Positions 11,303 to 25,344 of a stretch of 64,000 nt of DNA are shown piece after piece. The notes below the pieces were generated by a model, which saw nothing but the letters and a program-made list of their open reading frames with translations, had not been told where the DNA came from and did not search any database. Positions within the stretch are counted from its first letter, which is position 1. Each line of letters begins with the position of its first letter. The translations under genes were made by a program, and so were the position numbers. This DNA is from Felis catus (taxonomy: Eukaryota): positions 179,058,001 through 179,122,000 of the forward strand of contig NC_058368.1 in NCBI RefSeq assembly GCF_018350175.1. Reading direction: 5' to 3'.

Positions 11303-14202
11303 AATCAGTTAAAAACCAGTAAGTAACTATAAGCTTGCTCATCTGCAAGGTCTGGTATAAACAAGTTTCTGTATTTGTAGAAGAATGACAACAACCTCAC
11401 TTATAAGGTTTATATAAGAAATTACAAAAAGTCACTATTATCAGAACTATAGTAGCACAGTTTTTTCCCCCTGTCTTAATATTCTAAAAAAGCCAATTTA
11501 ACCAACATTTTATTTTTAATGCTCTATGTTGGCTTCACCTCTGAACTGATAATAATGAAAATGAATACAATAATTATGAGTGAAAATTTTATGAAAATAA
11601 TAATTATACTTATATTAATTTTAAGCGACCACTTATGGAGCATTTGTACCACCCAAAGACTGTGCTAAGCACTACTTCATTTAATATTCATATCAACCCT
11701 ATTATTATCCCCATTTTATAAAGAAACAGAACCAAAGAAGTGATATGACTTTTCCAAAATCATAGACGGATACAACTCAGAGATTATGAAACAAAATGAA
11801 TAAACCCCATAGTGTCTTTCTAGAATTAAGTAAGTCTTTGGTAAAGAGATCATACAAGAAACCTTTTTCATACATTTGGGGCCAAAATCAAGAAAGCCAT
11901 GAAAAAAAAATTGGGAGAAAAAGTTCTGAAAAAAACAAAAAGTCAGGGATTACCAAAATATAGTTTAATATATTGAGAAAGACTAAATATTCACAGCTCT
12001 GAAGCTCTCCTTTTGTTTTGTTTTCTTAAATAAATTTTTAGATGTTGTAAACAAGAAAGACGGAATCATCTAGCTCTCTCCTCTGAAGTCCCATGGCACT
12101 GTGCTCATATCTCTACAACGGCATATTCATCCTGCATTTTAATGAAGAGTGCCTCATTTTGCAAATAAAGGCAAGCTCCTTGAGGACATCACCACGTTTT
12201 TGCCAAGTTTGTATTTTCTAAATGGCTTCCCAACGCTTTGTTTATAGTAGCGAATCAGTAGCGAAACATTTATTGAATTGAAAACCCTATTCTAAATGCC
12301 TCTCTTCATCTATCCTGTATGGAATTTGAGATGCCAGGGAGGCAGTTAAAGATACGGGTCTTCAGGTGAAAGCAAAGACTTGGACTGCAGATTAAGGTTG
12401 GGGGTTGCGGACCTCGCAATGGCACTGAGCCACCAGGGTGGACGGTCTCCCCCAGGCAAGAGCAGACAGGGCGGAACTGGAACGCAGCTGAGTGGTTGTG
12501 GCATGAACTGAATTTGCTCCATGGCAGTACTCTTTCTCGCTCTGTATCCCCGCTTCTGACCCTCGGGCATAGAAAGGAACAGCTGCAGATCTACAACCAT
12601 GCAGCCGTGCATTCTGAGGATGTCCCCCTTTTCCAGGACCAACTAGGGAACAGAAGCTATGGAGGGCTACTCAGTGTTTTCCCCTGCGTTGGCAAGGGAG
12701 GGAGAAAGGTAGGGCAGGGGAGCAAAAAGCCTGGCCACATGGAAGGAGCCGGGCGTCAGACGCACAAAACAGCCATCTCTCCTGCTCTACTCCTCAAATC
12801 CCGAGGTCTCTTGATGCGTGTGGCTGAGATCTCCTGATGAACTAGGACGAGGGAGAAACACATATTGTGCTCAGAGAATTATGTTCTCCTTTTCCTACTG
12901 AACCCACAGTACAAGCCATTCTGCTATTCACAGATTGGCTCCACTATCCACCAAGGTTTGCAACTCACTGTATGCCCCTGAAACACCACAAATTTTCCTG
13001 AAAGGTGACTGGGACCTCTTGATTTCTCAGCATGAGTGTTGAACAGACAGCAGAGCGCTACAGTGAACCTCTTGCTACCTGGGCTGTAGATTTTAAAACC
13101 TGCAGCTTCAACCAAAAGGAAGCCCAGAATCCCTGTAAACCAAAGCAAACCAAAGAAAGCATCTCACGGCACACGTAGGTTATGGCAAATCTGGGACGTT
13201 GGCAGGGAGGGGCAAGTCTGATGAAAATGAATTTCTTGAGACCCACAGAAATATTTGTATAAAGAGAAAAATCCGCCTGCAAGTGGGGTTCTGTTGTCCT
13301 CACTGCTATTCCCTCTCCAAGTGCTCAGAAGACGGATGGAGTCCCACGTCCCCCACACCAGGAAGCACAGACTCAGCCCTGACAAACCTCTTAATGACAC
13401 ACTGTGGACTCAGCTAAGGCCTGTGTGAACAACGCACTGCTCAGCATACATCTGAACACAGTGAGTTCTCTGGTGTCTTTCATGTCAGGCTGACCCTAGT
13501 GCCCTCAAAACCTCAGGATAACAAAATGCTTTTCAAGCAGTCTTAATTGTACTTGAAGTTGCTGCCTCTTTTTCTGTGCCGTTCTGGCAATGCAGCTTTA
13601 CTGACACAGATGGACACACTCTTCGAGATCCAACTCTCTGACGATACACATGAGGAACAGAGCCCAGAGAGGTTAAGTGGTTTGTCCAATGCCACACAGC
13701 TTGTTAGTAGGTTTACTGGACTAGAGTTCAAATCTTCCAATTTTTAGTACAGTATTTTCTCCACCAGACTATGTTACCTTCCTTAAATTAAGATAATTGT
13801 TCCTTCATTCTATAAACATGCATTGAGGATCTACTCAGTGCCAATTATTTAGAATACAGGAAAACACTCTTTACCTGAACTCAAGAAGGTGCAAATATTT
13901 CCTAATACCTTGGAGAAGTGTCAAAAGAATAAGAGCCTCCCCAGACCCATAATATAAGGATTCTCACTGCATTTATTTTATTTTTGATGAAACAAATGTG
14001 AACTGGGAGGAGTGCCCCGTGTGGCCAGAAGCTGGCGTAAGAGGCCCAGAGCTACTATAGTAAGTGCCAACTTCTCTTAGCTCATTCTCACACGAGGAGA
14101 ACTTAACAATTTCCCCATCATCTTGAGGAGCCTGCAAAGAGTTCACTCGGGGGAGGTATGTTAGAAGAACCCAACACAAATTTTGTAAAAAACAAAAATA
14201 CA

Positions 14203-14435
14203 GGGTTGCCTGGGTGGCTCAGTCAGTGTGGGATCGAGCCCCACACTGGGCTCTGAGTTGACAGTGGGGAGCCTGCCTGGTATTCTTTCTCTCTCTTTCC
14301 CTCTCTCTCTCTCTCTCTCTCTCCCTCTTCCTTTCTCTCTGTTAATCCTCTGCTTGTGTTCTCTCTCAAAATAAATAAACTTTAAATACATACATACATA
14401 CATACATACATACATACATACATACATACAAAAAA
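14203..14435 (+). mobile_element. Can-SINE with internal deletion and (TACA)n tail
   Basis: gggttgcctgggtggctcagtcag jumps to tgtgggatcgagccccacactgggctctg; (CT)n; tail expanded into (TACA)n at about 14386-14430. Confidence 0.88.
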
Positions 14436-15572
14436 CATACTTTCATTATGGAGGGGAAGGATGCTTAAAATTTACAATCTACTCAGAGCTGACTCTGTCC
14501 TTCCTGGGTCACAGAGCCACTTGTAGCCAGAGTAGAGTGGCAACTCTGAGGGCAAATTGGGCTTAAGCTGGGTGGGAAAGAGCTGCAAGCCTCCTGACAC
14601 AATAGTGGCAGGGTCAGCTAATCCAAAAGTATCAAGGCCAAAGCCAAATTAGTAGGGGAAATATGCTTCCTTCAAGTGAAATTAGACTGTGCTGTGTCTG
14701 AAAATAATAATAATAGTGCTCACCATGGCAAGGTGTGCTTCTTAGATGAGCCAGAAAGAAAACTCTCCCTGTAACTCTCTTGCAACTCTCTTGTAACTCT
14801 CTCTGGCAGGGCAAGTTTCATGGGATAAATTCCTACAGCCTACCCTCTCTCTATGAAGCCTGTAGTCAATTACCATCCTTACCCTACATTCTGGAACCAG
14901 AGGGGATGGGCAGAAGAGGGCCTCACTCAGAATCAGCTAATGGCTGATGCAAACTTAAGAAGAGGCCAAGGGGCAATGGGTAAGATTTTGCTCCAGGGCA
15001 GGGGGGAAGGCAGCAGATTCAAGGAAGAGGCTGCACAGGGAACATGTACAGGCAGGATGAGAGGCCTGGCAAGGACAGAGGAGACAGGCAGTGAGATGGA
15101 CAGACCTGCAGAGCTGGGGGCTGGTGGGCTGCGGGGTAGGCACAGTGTGGGTCTGAACAACCACCTAATCACCTTGTGAGTTCCTCCCAAGGCAGCCCTG
15201 GGAAATCATCACCACCGCTGGCTCACAGGAGGTTGCTGCAGGGACCGTGATCCCTGAGAGCCAGCAACAGCAGACATATTCGCCAACCACTGGCCTACCA
15301 TGGACGGGAGTGATGAAATAAGTTCCCCTGCCAGCTCCCTAAGTCACTAGCATGTGCCCTTGAACCAGAAAGAAAGAGGCCCCTACCACACTTGAGTCAC
15401 ACTTCCAGTAACAATTTGTGTGTGGGCAGCTAACTGGCCTCATGGGAGCCAGCCAATCTTTGAGGGCCTTTCCCCTTCCTCTGCAGACTGGATGTCAGGA
15501 GGGACAGCTCAATTTCTGTTGGTGTGTATATGCTTACTTGGTGTTTAACATTTTTAAAATAGACACATTTTA

Positions 15573-15790
15573 GGGGCACCTGGGTGGCTCAGTTGGTTAA
15601 GCGTCTGACTTTGGCTCAGGTCATGACCTCACAGTTTGTGGGTTCAAGCCCCACATTGGGCTCTGTGCTGACAACTCGGAGCCTGGAGCCTGCTTCATAT
15701 TCTGTGTCTCTCTCTCTCTCTCTCTGCCTCTCCCCTGCTTGTGCTCTGTCTCTCTTTCTCTGAAAAAATAAATAAACATTAAAAAAAATT
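15573..15790 (+). mobile_element. Can-SINE (SINEC_Fc-like)
   Basis: ggggcacctgggtggctcagttggttaagcgtctgactttggctcaggtcatgacc; degenerate TSD aaatagaca...ttttag on both sides. Confidence 0.93.
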
Positions 15791-15915
15791 AAATAGACAT
15801 TTTTAGAGCAGTTTTAAGTTCACAGCAAAACTGAATGAAGGAACAGAGTTCTCATGTACCCCATGCTCCCCCACACACACACAGTCTCCCTCCACTATCA
15901 ACAACCATCATCAGA
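15791..15915 (-). mobile_element. Ancient L1M 3' end fragment
   Basis: ttttagagcagttttaagttcacagcaaaactgaatgaagg...ttctcatgtacccc. Confidence 0.65.
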
Positions 15916-17447
15916 ACCAGATCAATTTTTCAGAGATTTCTTTAGATCTAAACTGTGTAGAGAGAGGGGGAGGGGGGAGAGAGGGAGGGAGGGAGAGGGT
16001 GGGCAGGCAAGTGAGAGAGTGCTACTCTTGTAGAAGCAGGGGAAGTGAGCTGACTTGCTATCCATTTAAGGGTGAGCCTTCTTCTTCAGATCTTCTCTGA
16101 ATTGCTAAATTTGACCACTTCTGTACAGCTGGTTGCTAATGTCCCTTCTAGCTCAGACATTTGATCTGCCTCCTGTGTGCTCAATACTTTAACACACACA
16201 TGCATATACAATCCTTTAGGTCGCTCTCAAAACACCCCACCAGGCAAGGAGAACAAGTATTTATCAGTTTCGTTTATGTTAAATAGAGCTGAGGTGTCAG
16301 GAGCTGTCCCCAGAGCCTGACAAGAGTTTCCTTCCGGACTTCCGTATCTATTGTTCTGGAGGGATTGAGTAAAAGCATGAGCACAGTCCTGGGTTTCATC
16401 ACCATCTCAGAGATTCAGAAGCCTTAAGTGCAGCAACAGATATGTATGCTGGGGACATGCATACAGTTAAGGGAAGTATGGAAGTCAGGAGCCTGGAGTT
16501 GAATCCCAGCTCCCAGTCTATGCAGAAAAAAGAGATAATAATAGCACCTATGAGGTAGGGTTGACAAGAGGCTCCACAAAGAGAGTGATACACAGCTCTT
16601 AGCTCATGTAGGCCCACAAACGTCAGAGTGAGAGACCTGACATGACCCCAAACCCTTCATCTGAGAGACAAATGAAATAAAACTTAGAGGTCCATTCACT
16701 TCTAACTTAGAATAAATAGGAAACTGTGAGGCTGAGAACCCAGCCAGCTCTGGTTTCACATTCTGTTCCACTATCAGATGATTACAAATAACAGTAATAC
16801 TAATAATAGTCACTGGTGATGATGGTGATGCTCCATTTATGAGCCCTTACTAAGTACCAGACCCCATTACACCTCTCACAGGCCCTATTGCATGTGAGGC
16901 TCACAATAAACCAATGAGGTGAGCATCCTATGCTGTTGCCATTTGGCAGATCAGTAGTCAGATGCTGCTAGAGGTGACGTGTCCTGGTAAAGGCAACAAA
17001 GTCAAGAGTAGATCCAAGCTCTTGTTCTGAACGATTGTCCTGTGCTGTGCCTCAAAAATGGGATGTCTTTCCTCAAATAATTGTACCCTCTTTAGCTGAA
17101 GCCATAATTAGAGCCTTGTTTGCCTTTGAGTAATTGGCTTCCCTCTTTGCTCTGGTGTCTGGTTCCACTTGGGCAGTCGCTCCAGCCTGGAGGGTATCAC
17201 ACTCAGCAAATCCACTTTGGCTGCCTGGGGCTAATGAGGGCTCTTGAGGTGGTTTGCATTTAAGTGCCTGGTACTGCAGAGAATATCCACACACAGACAC
17301 ACCCCCTACCATCAAGGATGACGGTGGAGTTGTAAAAACATGTCCTTCCCAAATTGGATCATACCACTCCAGCTTTTTGCAGAGGACAACATGGTCTGCT
17401 TTCTGCTGAGTTTATCCTATATGGAAGAAGCACAATCCTGTGTGACA

Positions 17448-17480
<33 letters not shown>

Positions 17481-18374
17481 GGTGGGTGGGTGTACATGCA
17501 TGTGCATGCATGTGTAGGGGAAGAAGAAGGGACACTCAAAATCCTTGATAAGCCCTGGGAAAGTTGAGCAAGATTTGTATCCAACAGTGAAGAAATAATG
17601 AGCACAGAGGACAAAGATTTGTCTATCAAGGTTATGAATTCCAACAAGTTTTTCTAGCACTAAATTAAATGAACCCAAATGTCCCTAAATAGGAAAATAA
17701 TGAAATCAGTTGTAGCTCACCTATATGATAGAGCCCTATGAAGTCCATAAAAATGACATGGGAAAATATCCCAAACAATTCTCAGTGAAAGAAGCAGATT
17801 ACAAACTTGGTAAAACATTATCTCAATTATATAAAATACATGACATGAAAGATGGGAATAATAAACCATGTTTATCTCTAAATTAGGAGCTCATAGATGC
17901 TTTTATAGATTTCCAAATGTTCTACAAAAACACAGTATTTTGATAACACTAATTTCTATAAATAATAAATGTCATCTTTCCCAATCCTGGACCAGCATTC
18001 CCAGGAATATGCCCAATGAAGCTGATGATGTGGTCAGAGGCCCCCATTTGCAAGGGACTTTGTCAGGCAAAGATGAACGCTGAGTTCTGAGGCTTGAAAG
18101 TCAGGGTCTTTGGAGAGACAGGGTTCCACTTCTGACGCAACAAGGTTGACCCAGAGGCAGTTCTCCAGAAAGGGGCTGTAGCGCACTCATTATTCTCTGA
18201 TGTTTGGCTGATACCCTTCCTCCTCCATAAACCTGTCATTCCAAAAGCACTGTTCTCACTGAATTCTGGTAATAATCATACTTACAGCATTATTTGTAAG
18301 TAATACTATAAATTTGTAATAAACTTATTCAAACCCTATAAATCATTTTAAGCCCATAAATCATAAATTTACCC

Positions 18375-18830
18375 TAGAGGCTTGCTGTCCTGGGTCCATG
18401 CATAGGTTTTACTTGGCCCGCATATTGTTTTAAAAAATCTATCAGCAGGTTCCATATAAAAACACGTTTGTAGAACTTCCCTCCAAAGAGGGGAAGATCA
18501 GGTAGCATTGGGCCCATGTAATGACGTGGCAATGATTCCTTGGCACTGATTCACAGCCCTCCTGTATACCCAAGGCATGGACGCCCCCTCCCGGTCCTCA
18601 CCACTCCCTGTCACCTCTTCACCATGAGCTGAGTTGTAATTTATCATTCTCACTCTGTTTTCTTAGTAGCAGAGAAAGATTTCTCTGTATACTTGTCTCT
18701 GTCAAAGGTGGGGAAATGAATGATTAACCAAATGGTACCATGCTTTAGGAGAAAATAGAAGGAATCACATTTCTTTCCAAAATGAAGAAAGTTCTCACAT
18801 GTTTCAAAGGCAAGAAAAAAATCTGTTATT
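18375..18830 (+). mobile_element. hAT-Charlie remnant (MER102/Charlie-like) including the decayed start of the transposase
   Basis: ttggcccgcatattgttttaaaaa, gaagatcaggtagcattgggccca, caccactccctgt and tgtctctgtcaaaggtggggaaatgaa follow the remembered consensus in order. Confidence 0.6.
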
Positions 18831-19069
18831 AAAAATATATATAAGTGAAGATTACATTATTAAAAAACATATCGATAACGTTATCTTATCAAACAGCATA
18901 ATTAGCTATCACACTGCACCTTCATTTCTATTACCTTCGTGTGTAGGCTCAAGTTGGAATACCTCTGGGGTAAATCTTTTCTCTCTCAACTGTAAGCTCC
19001 CTGGGGGTGTGGGCAGAAACCCTTCTGTTCAAACACTGCACAGCAATTTGGAGCATGTACTGGGAATCA

Positions 19070-19290
19070 GACTCCACCTGGTATCCTGGCCCTCTCATGC
19101 TATTGGCCTGTGGCTGCTGGAAGGTTTCTCAACCTCTCTATCAGTTTCCTTACCTGTAAAATGAGGATATTAATGCCTACCCTGTACAGGGAGGTCATGA
19201 TAATGAAATGAGAATATGTGTGAAAAAACTTAGCATAGCATCTGGTACCAAATAATGGCTAAACAAATGGTGGCCATAAAATTATTTATT
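19070..19290 (+). mobile_element. MIR
   Basis: aacctctctatcagtttccttacctgtaaaatgaggatattaatgcctacc. Confidence 0.75.
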
Positions 19291-21099
19291 ACCATATTTC
19301 TTTCATACTCCCCATAGCATAGTGCTGGCTACGTTTTTAGATTCTCAATAAATATAATTTGAATTGAAATCAATCTGCAGCTGGTTTTCAATTCAGCTGT
19401 ATTGTGGTCTTAAGGAAACTTCCTTCTATTCTAGGAAAATTTTGGTGGGGACAGGGGGAGGAATCAGCAAAATCAAACTTAAGTCCTCCTAAAAGCCTCA
19501 GAATGTCCTAAAACCCTGACTCACTATAATTTAAACCATCTACAACTGTAATCTCACAATGAAAACAAACAAAACAATTTTGGAGTCAACATATAAATGT
19601 GTAAAGATTTACATAAGCTTTCTCATTGTGTATGTTTCCACATATAAAGAATCACTCCCAAACTGGGAAAGAATCCCATGGATCATGGACTGAAAGGCAC
19701 AGAAACAGCCTGATCCTGCAGTTCTCTAGTTTTAATGAGGTACTTTTTTTTTTAATTGCTGAAGAGTTGATTTGGATTGTCATTAAAGAGGTAATCTGGG
19801 ATTCCCCCCAATTAAACCATACTTCATAATGTCATTAAAAGCTACTATTCTAAGTATTTTGGGAGATTCAAGAGGGATTTTCTTTGATTGTATGCCAATT
19901 TTTTTTTTTTACCTCAGACCCAAAAAAAAAAAAAAAAAAAGGACACTTCACCAAATCTCTCTTGGATTTATTCTGCAGCTTATTAAATCACCGTCTTCTC
20001 TGATTCTAGATCTAAAGGTTTCTTCCCAAGACTGAATTCTGCAATCAGTCACATTGAAAAGGAAAGAGATGTGAGGGACAGCCTCTTCTCTGATCTCCAA
20101 GTGTAGAAGGGACATTTTGGAACTGGATGTAGCTTTGTAACACTGTAGGTGGGAGGGACAAACCCCTATTTGAAGAGCTTTGATGTCTCCAAATGCTCTG
20201 ATGAGAAAAAAAAACTTAGGTCCTCAAAACTCAACAGCTCTTTCTTGAAGAAAATAAATTGGCTCCAGTACGTAAATCCTTTTACCTTTTCCAAGGTTCT
20301 GAGCTTGGCTGTGGGGCCTTGAGGGCATCATGCAGTTTCCTTCATCTGTTTGACTTTGTATAAAATGGCCTCATTCCTTGCTCCCAGCTCAGGCAGGCTA
20401 TTTTAAAGTGTTGGGGGCAATATGTGGGAGCGGAGGTTTTTAGGCACTAAATGATGGTCAAAAGATTCAGCAATATTATCATTGTGAATCAAAGAATGAT
20501 TTTTTAAATCACAGGTTTTCATATTGGTAGATCTCTAGAAATCTCATTATTGTTCAATCTATGATTGTATAGTTGATCTACAGAGGTTATGTGACTTGCC
20601 CAAGACCACACAACTATACAGTAAGTGAGATAATGTACATTAGTGTGCAGCACAGAGCCTGGTGCATAACAAGCACTCAGTAAATGTCAACTGCAGTTGC
20701 TACTGTTGATATTATTGTTGTTTCTATTATTCAGGTCTCTTTACCGTTCGTTCAGTGCTCTTTTTATCAGATACATAAAGAAAACACCCTATGGGCCCAG
20801 TCATTTCTTGCTATAAGAAAAATGATCATTTGAAGGAACCATCTCATTTCTTTCATAACTGAGAAGGTTCAAGCCTTGAGAAGTGCTATGTCTTGCCAAT
20901 AACACAGGAAGCCAACACAACAGAGGAGCCTAAATTTGGGACTTGCCTGTGGAAGGAGAGGCCTGACCCTTCTGATCTTTCCACCCTTGACTAGTAATAG
21001 CACAGAGGAATTGTACACTGTGTACCAGGGATTGAATTCAGGCTCCAGCAACCCTCCTTACTCTCAAATCTCTGGGGAAGAATAATGTCCTGGAAATAG

Positions 21100-22370
21100 A
21101 AAATGACACTGGCATGGAGAAAATAAACTGTCCCACACTTGAAACTGGGAACAATGTATGGTCAAATGGGGAAAAAAAACAAAAAAGATTAAAGCAGACT
21201 CCTACCTCACACCATATATAAAACATAAATTCTGTTGATTGATTACAAACTTGTGTATCAAAAATAAAATGATAAAATTCTTAGTAAAAATATAAATGAA
21301 AATCTTTTAGCCTTGGGATTGGGAAAGATTTCTTAAACAAGGCATAATAATATTTGACTATTAAAATGATAAATAAATTGATATTAAAAGAACTTCTGTT
21401 AGAAAAAATGCTCTTAAGCAAATGAAAAGGTAGGTTAAAAGTATATAAATGAGAGGAGATATCCTTAATACATAAGATCAGCAAAATATGCATATGAAGA
21501 ATACATAAAATCCTGCAAATCAATAAGAGAAATACAATCAACCCAACAGAAAAATGAACAAAAGAATTGGACAGACCTATCACAGGCATGAAACACAAGT
21601 GGCGAAGAAACATAAGAAAAGATTTTGATCATCACTGGTGATCAAGGAAATGCAACTCAAGACAGTGAAGACTTAACCTCACACCTATGTCTTTGGTAAA
21701 ACTTGAGAAGTGGGACAATACCCAGTGTTGAAGCGACTGTGGATCCACAGGATCCCTTATGCATCACTGATGGGAACGTAAACTGATGCAACCACCTTTG
21801 GAAAACAGTTTAGCACCATCTCTTGAAGTCAGGTATTCAGGTCCCTTATGACCAGGCAAATCTTCTAGTAGTTGTATACCCCAAAGAGACTCTTGGATAT
21901 TTGCAACAAGAAGCATGTACAAAAATATTCTTAGTAGCAATGCTTACCATAGAGAAATACTGAAACAGTCCAAGTGCTTAAAATTCCATAGTTTATTCAC
22001 AATGAAGCCCTCCACAGTTGTCAAAACAAGGAACTCCAGCAACATGTAATATGGATGAATCTTAGTAAAATATTAAGTGAAAATAAAGTAAGTGTCCCCC
22101 CTTCCACCAATTTACTCATGTTTCAATACCCTTTTCAGAAAGATAAAATAACCAAAGCACTAGATATATAGAGATGCAATAAAACTGCATAAAAAGGAAA
22201 GCAGAGAAATGATTAAAGAAGATTCTAGAATGTGGTCATCTTTGGTAAAGAAAGATAGAGCTACACAGTTACATGCCACTGATTGTTAAGTTTCTAGTTT
22301 TTGTTTTGGGTAGTGAGTGTATGAATGTTTAATTTATTGTTAACAATAACTAAATGAATATGCAAATAAA
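21100..22370 (+). mobile_element. Ancient L1M (ORF2 3' part and 3' UTR)
   Basis: cctacctcacaccatatataaaa, gggaaagatttcttaaaca, aacccaacagaaaaatgaacaaaag, caaccacctttggaaaacagtttagca: decayed L1 ORF2 landmarks in order. Confidence 0.85.
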
Positions 22371-22829
22371 CAAAAGCAGACCCCTGTGTGGACCAATGAT
22401 GAGGTATATTATGACTCAAGTGCTGTGATGCCTCCAGTTCTGTACAAGTAAAGTCCTTTCTTTCTTTTCCCTATTTGTAAGCAACTCTGGCTATTTAATC
22501 GTATGACTGCCAAGGTCCAAAGACCAGTTTCTGAAAGCTGGTATCAATGGAACTCTAAGGAGAGTAGGCACATAAAGAAATAAATCATAGCCCTTATCCA
22601 TAAGCAGCCCGCTCCATCAGCACAGACAGCCCCATAAACAGACAAACGACACTACAGGATGTCAAGTATCACAATGGAAGTCTGCACTACGCACCGTGGG
22701 AGCCACTTCTCATGACCTGCACTGCTTTCCTTTCCCTCACTCAGGTTCCTGGAGTTGTTTCCAAATCCAGAGGCGTCAGCTGGAGGGCTACCTCTATCAG
22801 AATCTCCTTGGAGGACTGATACCATGCAC

Positions 22830-22935
22830 ATCACTCACTCCCTCACTCCATCTTCAGAGTCACAATCTTTGGCATAGGGTCCAGGATTCTGCAATTTTAA
22901 TGAACTCCACAGGTGCACCTAAGGTTTGAGAAATC
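22830..22935. mobile_element. MER5-type hAT MITE fragment
   Basis: gggtccaggattctgcaattttaatgaactccacaggtgcacctaaggtttgagaa. Confidence 0.6.
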
Positions 22936-24235
22936 ACCCTCACAGAGGGTCTGTGCCTTGTTTTATCCCCTTTGTAAACCCAGGATAATACTCCGATCAT
23001 ACTGAACTCTCTACCATCACATCTTCCCCTATTGGTCACGTACCCTGGCAGCCACCCCACTTTTATAGCCCCTGGGGAAAGAGTTGGGGAAGGCTTCCTC
23101 AGAAAGGAAGGTGTGACAGAGGGGAAGGCTAGTGCCCCCTCTGCTTGAGGTTGAGACCTGCAGCCACAAGACATGTGTGTCTCAACAACCTCTCTTGAGC
23201 CAAAGTCCCAAGGAGAACCATTTTAGATAAGTTGTGGAGAAGGCCAAAAGCAGTCTTTCTTCCCTTTCCTAATTTGGTCCCTGGGACACAGTTCCAGATG
23301 CAACTTTGGAAAGAGGGAGGGGACTATTTTGAAACTGAAAGACTGGTTACATCTGAAGCCACAAGGTACCACTAAATGAAAACTTTAAATTGCCACAGTA
23401 CAATGTGAAGTGAAAACTCAAAAAGATTAGATTAAAAACAAACAAAAACTAGAAGCTGTATCATCTTTGCACACTGAACTTGATGCAGAAATTTGCAAAC
23501 TTGCGACTATTGTGTCCCCACTACCTCCCAGGCTCAACCTACACTAGAGACTGAGTAAGTGCTGAATGGGGCAGAGGTGACATGCCTACTTACTGAAGAC
23601 TGGACATTTGGTTTGGGTCTTAAGGGGATGAGTAGCAGCTGCTGGTTAGTGGCTGGGGGTAGGGGAAGGTGCTGGGGAGGGAGAAGAACTCATCCTAGAT
23701 AATATTTGCAAAGAATAGAAGTATGGAAGGCTGTGTACAATAGTGTACAATGCCAGGAGAGACAAGAAGCTCTCCACAAGACGAGCTCATGTCCTGGAGG
23801 AACAGGACTTGTTCTCTTACTGCCTTTTCCTTCTGAGTGGTCTCAGAGCCCAGCCTGATGTGGACATTCCAAGCTCCAGGTGGCCTCCTAACACTACTGT
23901 TTGCTGCAGCTCTGCTCTGAAAAGTTATAGCAAAAGTTACAGCATCAAGAGTTCCATTTCCCACCCAGGCAAGGGTCCCTATACACAGCCGTTAGAGAGT
24001 TGTCCAGCATTTGAAACAGGGATAAGGACTGGAGGATACAAGAAAAAAAATACCTCAGGAGGAACAGTGAGGCATGTCTCCTAATATGAAAACGAAAGCG
24101 CTTTCAACAAGAAAATAGGCACTGTCTTCTCCTTTTTATTCATTCTGAGAATAAAGCACCGTATAGTAGAAAGAAGATGTGTTTTGTTATTCAAATGACT
24201 TGTGCCCTGAATCCAACTCTAATACTTACTACCTG

Positions 24236-24550
24236 TGAATGGCAGAGACAGACCTCATCAAATATTCCATGTGTATCCCGTCACTTCCAGATTCCCTTGC
24301 AGCTAGGTTAGGAACTTGCGATGGGTTCTGGCCAAAGGACTGTGGATGCATTTGGTGGGTGTCACTTTCAGGCTGACATGGAGGCAATGGTACCAGCTAG
24401 AATAGCTTCAGAAGGGACAAAAGGTGCAGGGCCCCCATCAGACTTTACAAAAGAGAGAAATAAACCTTTACATTGCTAAACCACTGAGATCTAGGGATGT
24501 ATTTCCTACTGTGGCATCACATAGCCCAATACATGAATACCCTAATATAC
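24236..24550 (+). mobile_element. MaLR LTR (MLT1-like) nested in a MIR (about 24160-24730)
   Basis: cccttgcagctaggttagg...ttctggccaaagg and gagagaaataaacctttacattgctaaaccactgagat. The MIR breaks at acttactacctgtg and resumes at agttacttgatattccaggccttggtttccccatctataac. Confidence 0.7.
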
Positions 24551-24779
24551 TGTGTAATATTTGGTCTCATTGGGATAAAAGTTACTTGATATTCCAGGCC
24601 TTGGTTTCCCCATCTATAACATGGGAATAGTAATACCTATGATATTAGGTTGTTGTGAGAATTTAATACATGTTTATGTCCTTTATAACACTTAATGCAC
24701 AGCTAGCATGTAATAAATACAAGTCTTGCTCTAAAATGCTTTTGATGGCATTATTATTCTTGTGGCTATTACTGTTATG

Positions 24780-24980
24780 CAATAGATACAACAGATACTT
24801 TTAAGTAAGCAGCAAGTATGTAAAGTACTCTGCTGGGTAGTTTTACATATGTTATCCCATTTTCGTAGGTAAGAAACCAAGGTTCAGAGAGGTTACTTGT
24901 TCAAAGGAACACAGCTAGTAAGTGACCAGGCCAAGACCAGAAACAAGAATTACCTGAATCAAAAGTCTGTATTCTCATGG
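24780..24980 (-). mobile_element. MIR
   Basis: cccattttcgtaggtaagaaaccaaggttcagagaggttacttgttcaaagg. Confidence 0.7.
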
Positions 24981-25344
24981 CAACAGTCTTACTCACATTC
25001 TTCAGATGTGGAATCCTGGAGGTTCAGAGATGTGACATAAGTTCACCAAGCACAGTAATAACTGTAGAGCAAGAGGACTCTCCTCTGCTCCCAGGCCAGT
25101 GCTGCAGGGATGTGCTGATTCGCAAAGATTCACTCCATGGCACTGGGCACGGCCACCTGTGCCCCCACCCCCCATGGGGAGCTGTGGGTATTGTGGGCAA
25201 CAGATAAGAGGAAGGGGAAAGAAGGAAATTACATCCTGATAAAAGAAAAAAACTGGATGCTTTGTACTCACAGAAGAGCTCTTCAATAAAGTTTCCAAAG
25301 AAAAAACTACTAGCTGAAAATAAACACCAGAAGAATTTCCAGAT

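Noticed and set aside
23025..23075. CCAAT and TATAAAA motifs on the minus strand as an internal promoter
   Set aside because: CCAAT lies downstream of the TATA in that orientation, and the region looks like a decayed LTR-type repeat that I cannot classify.
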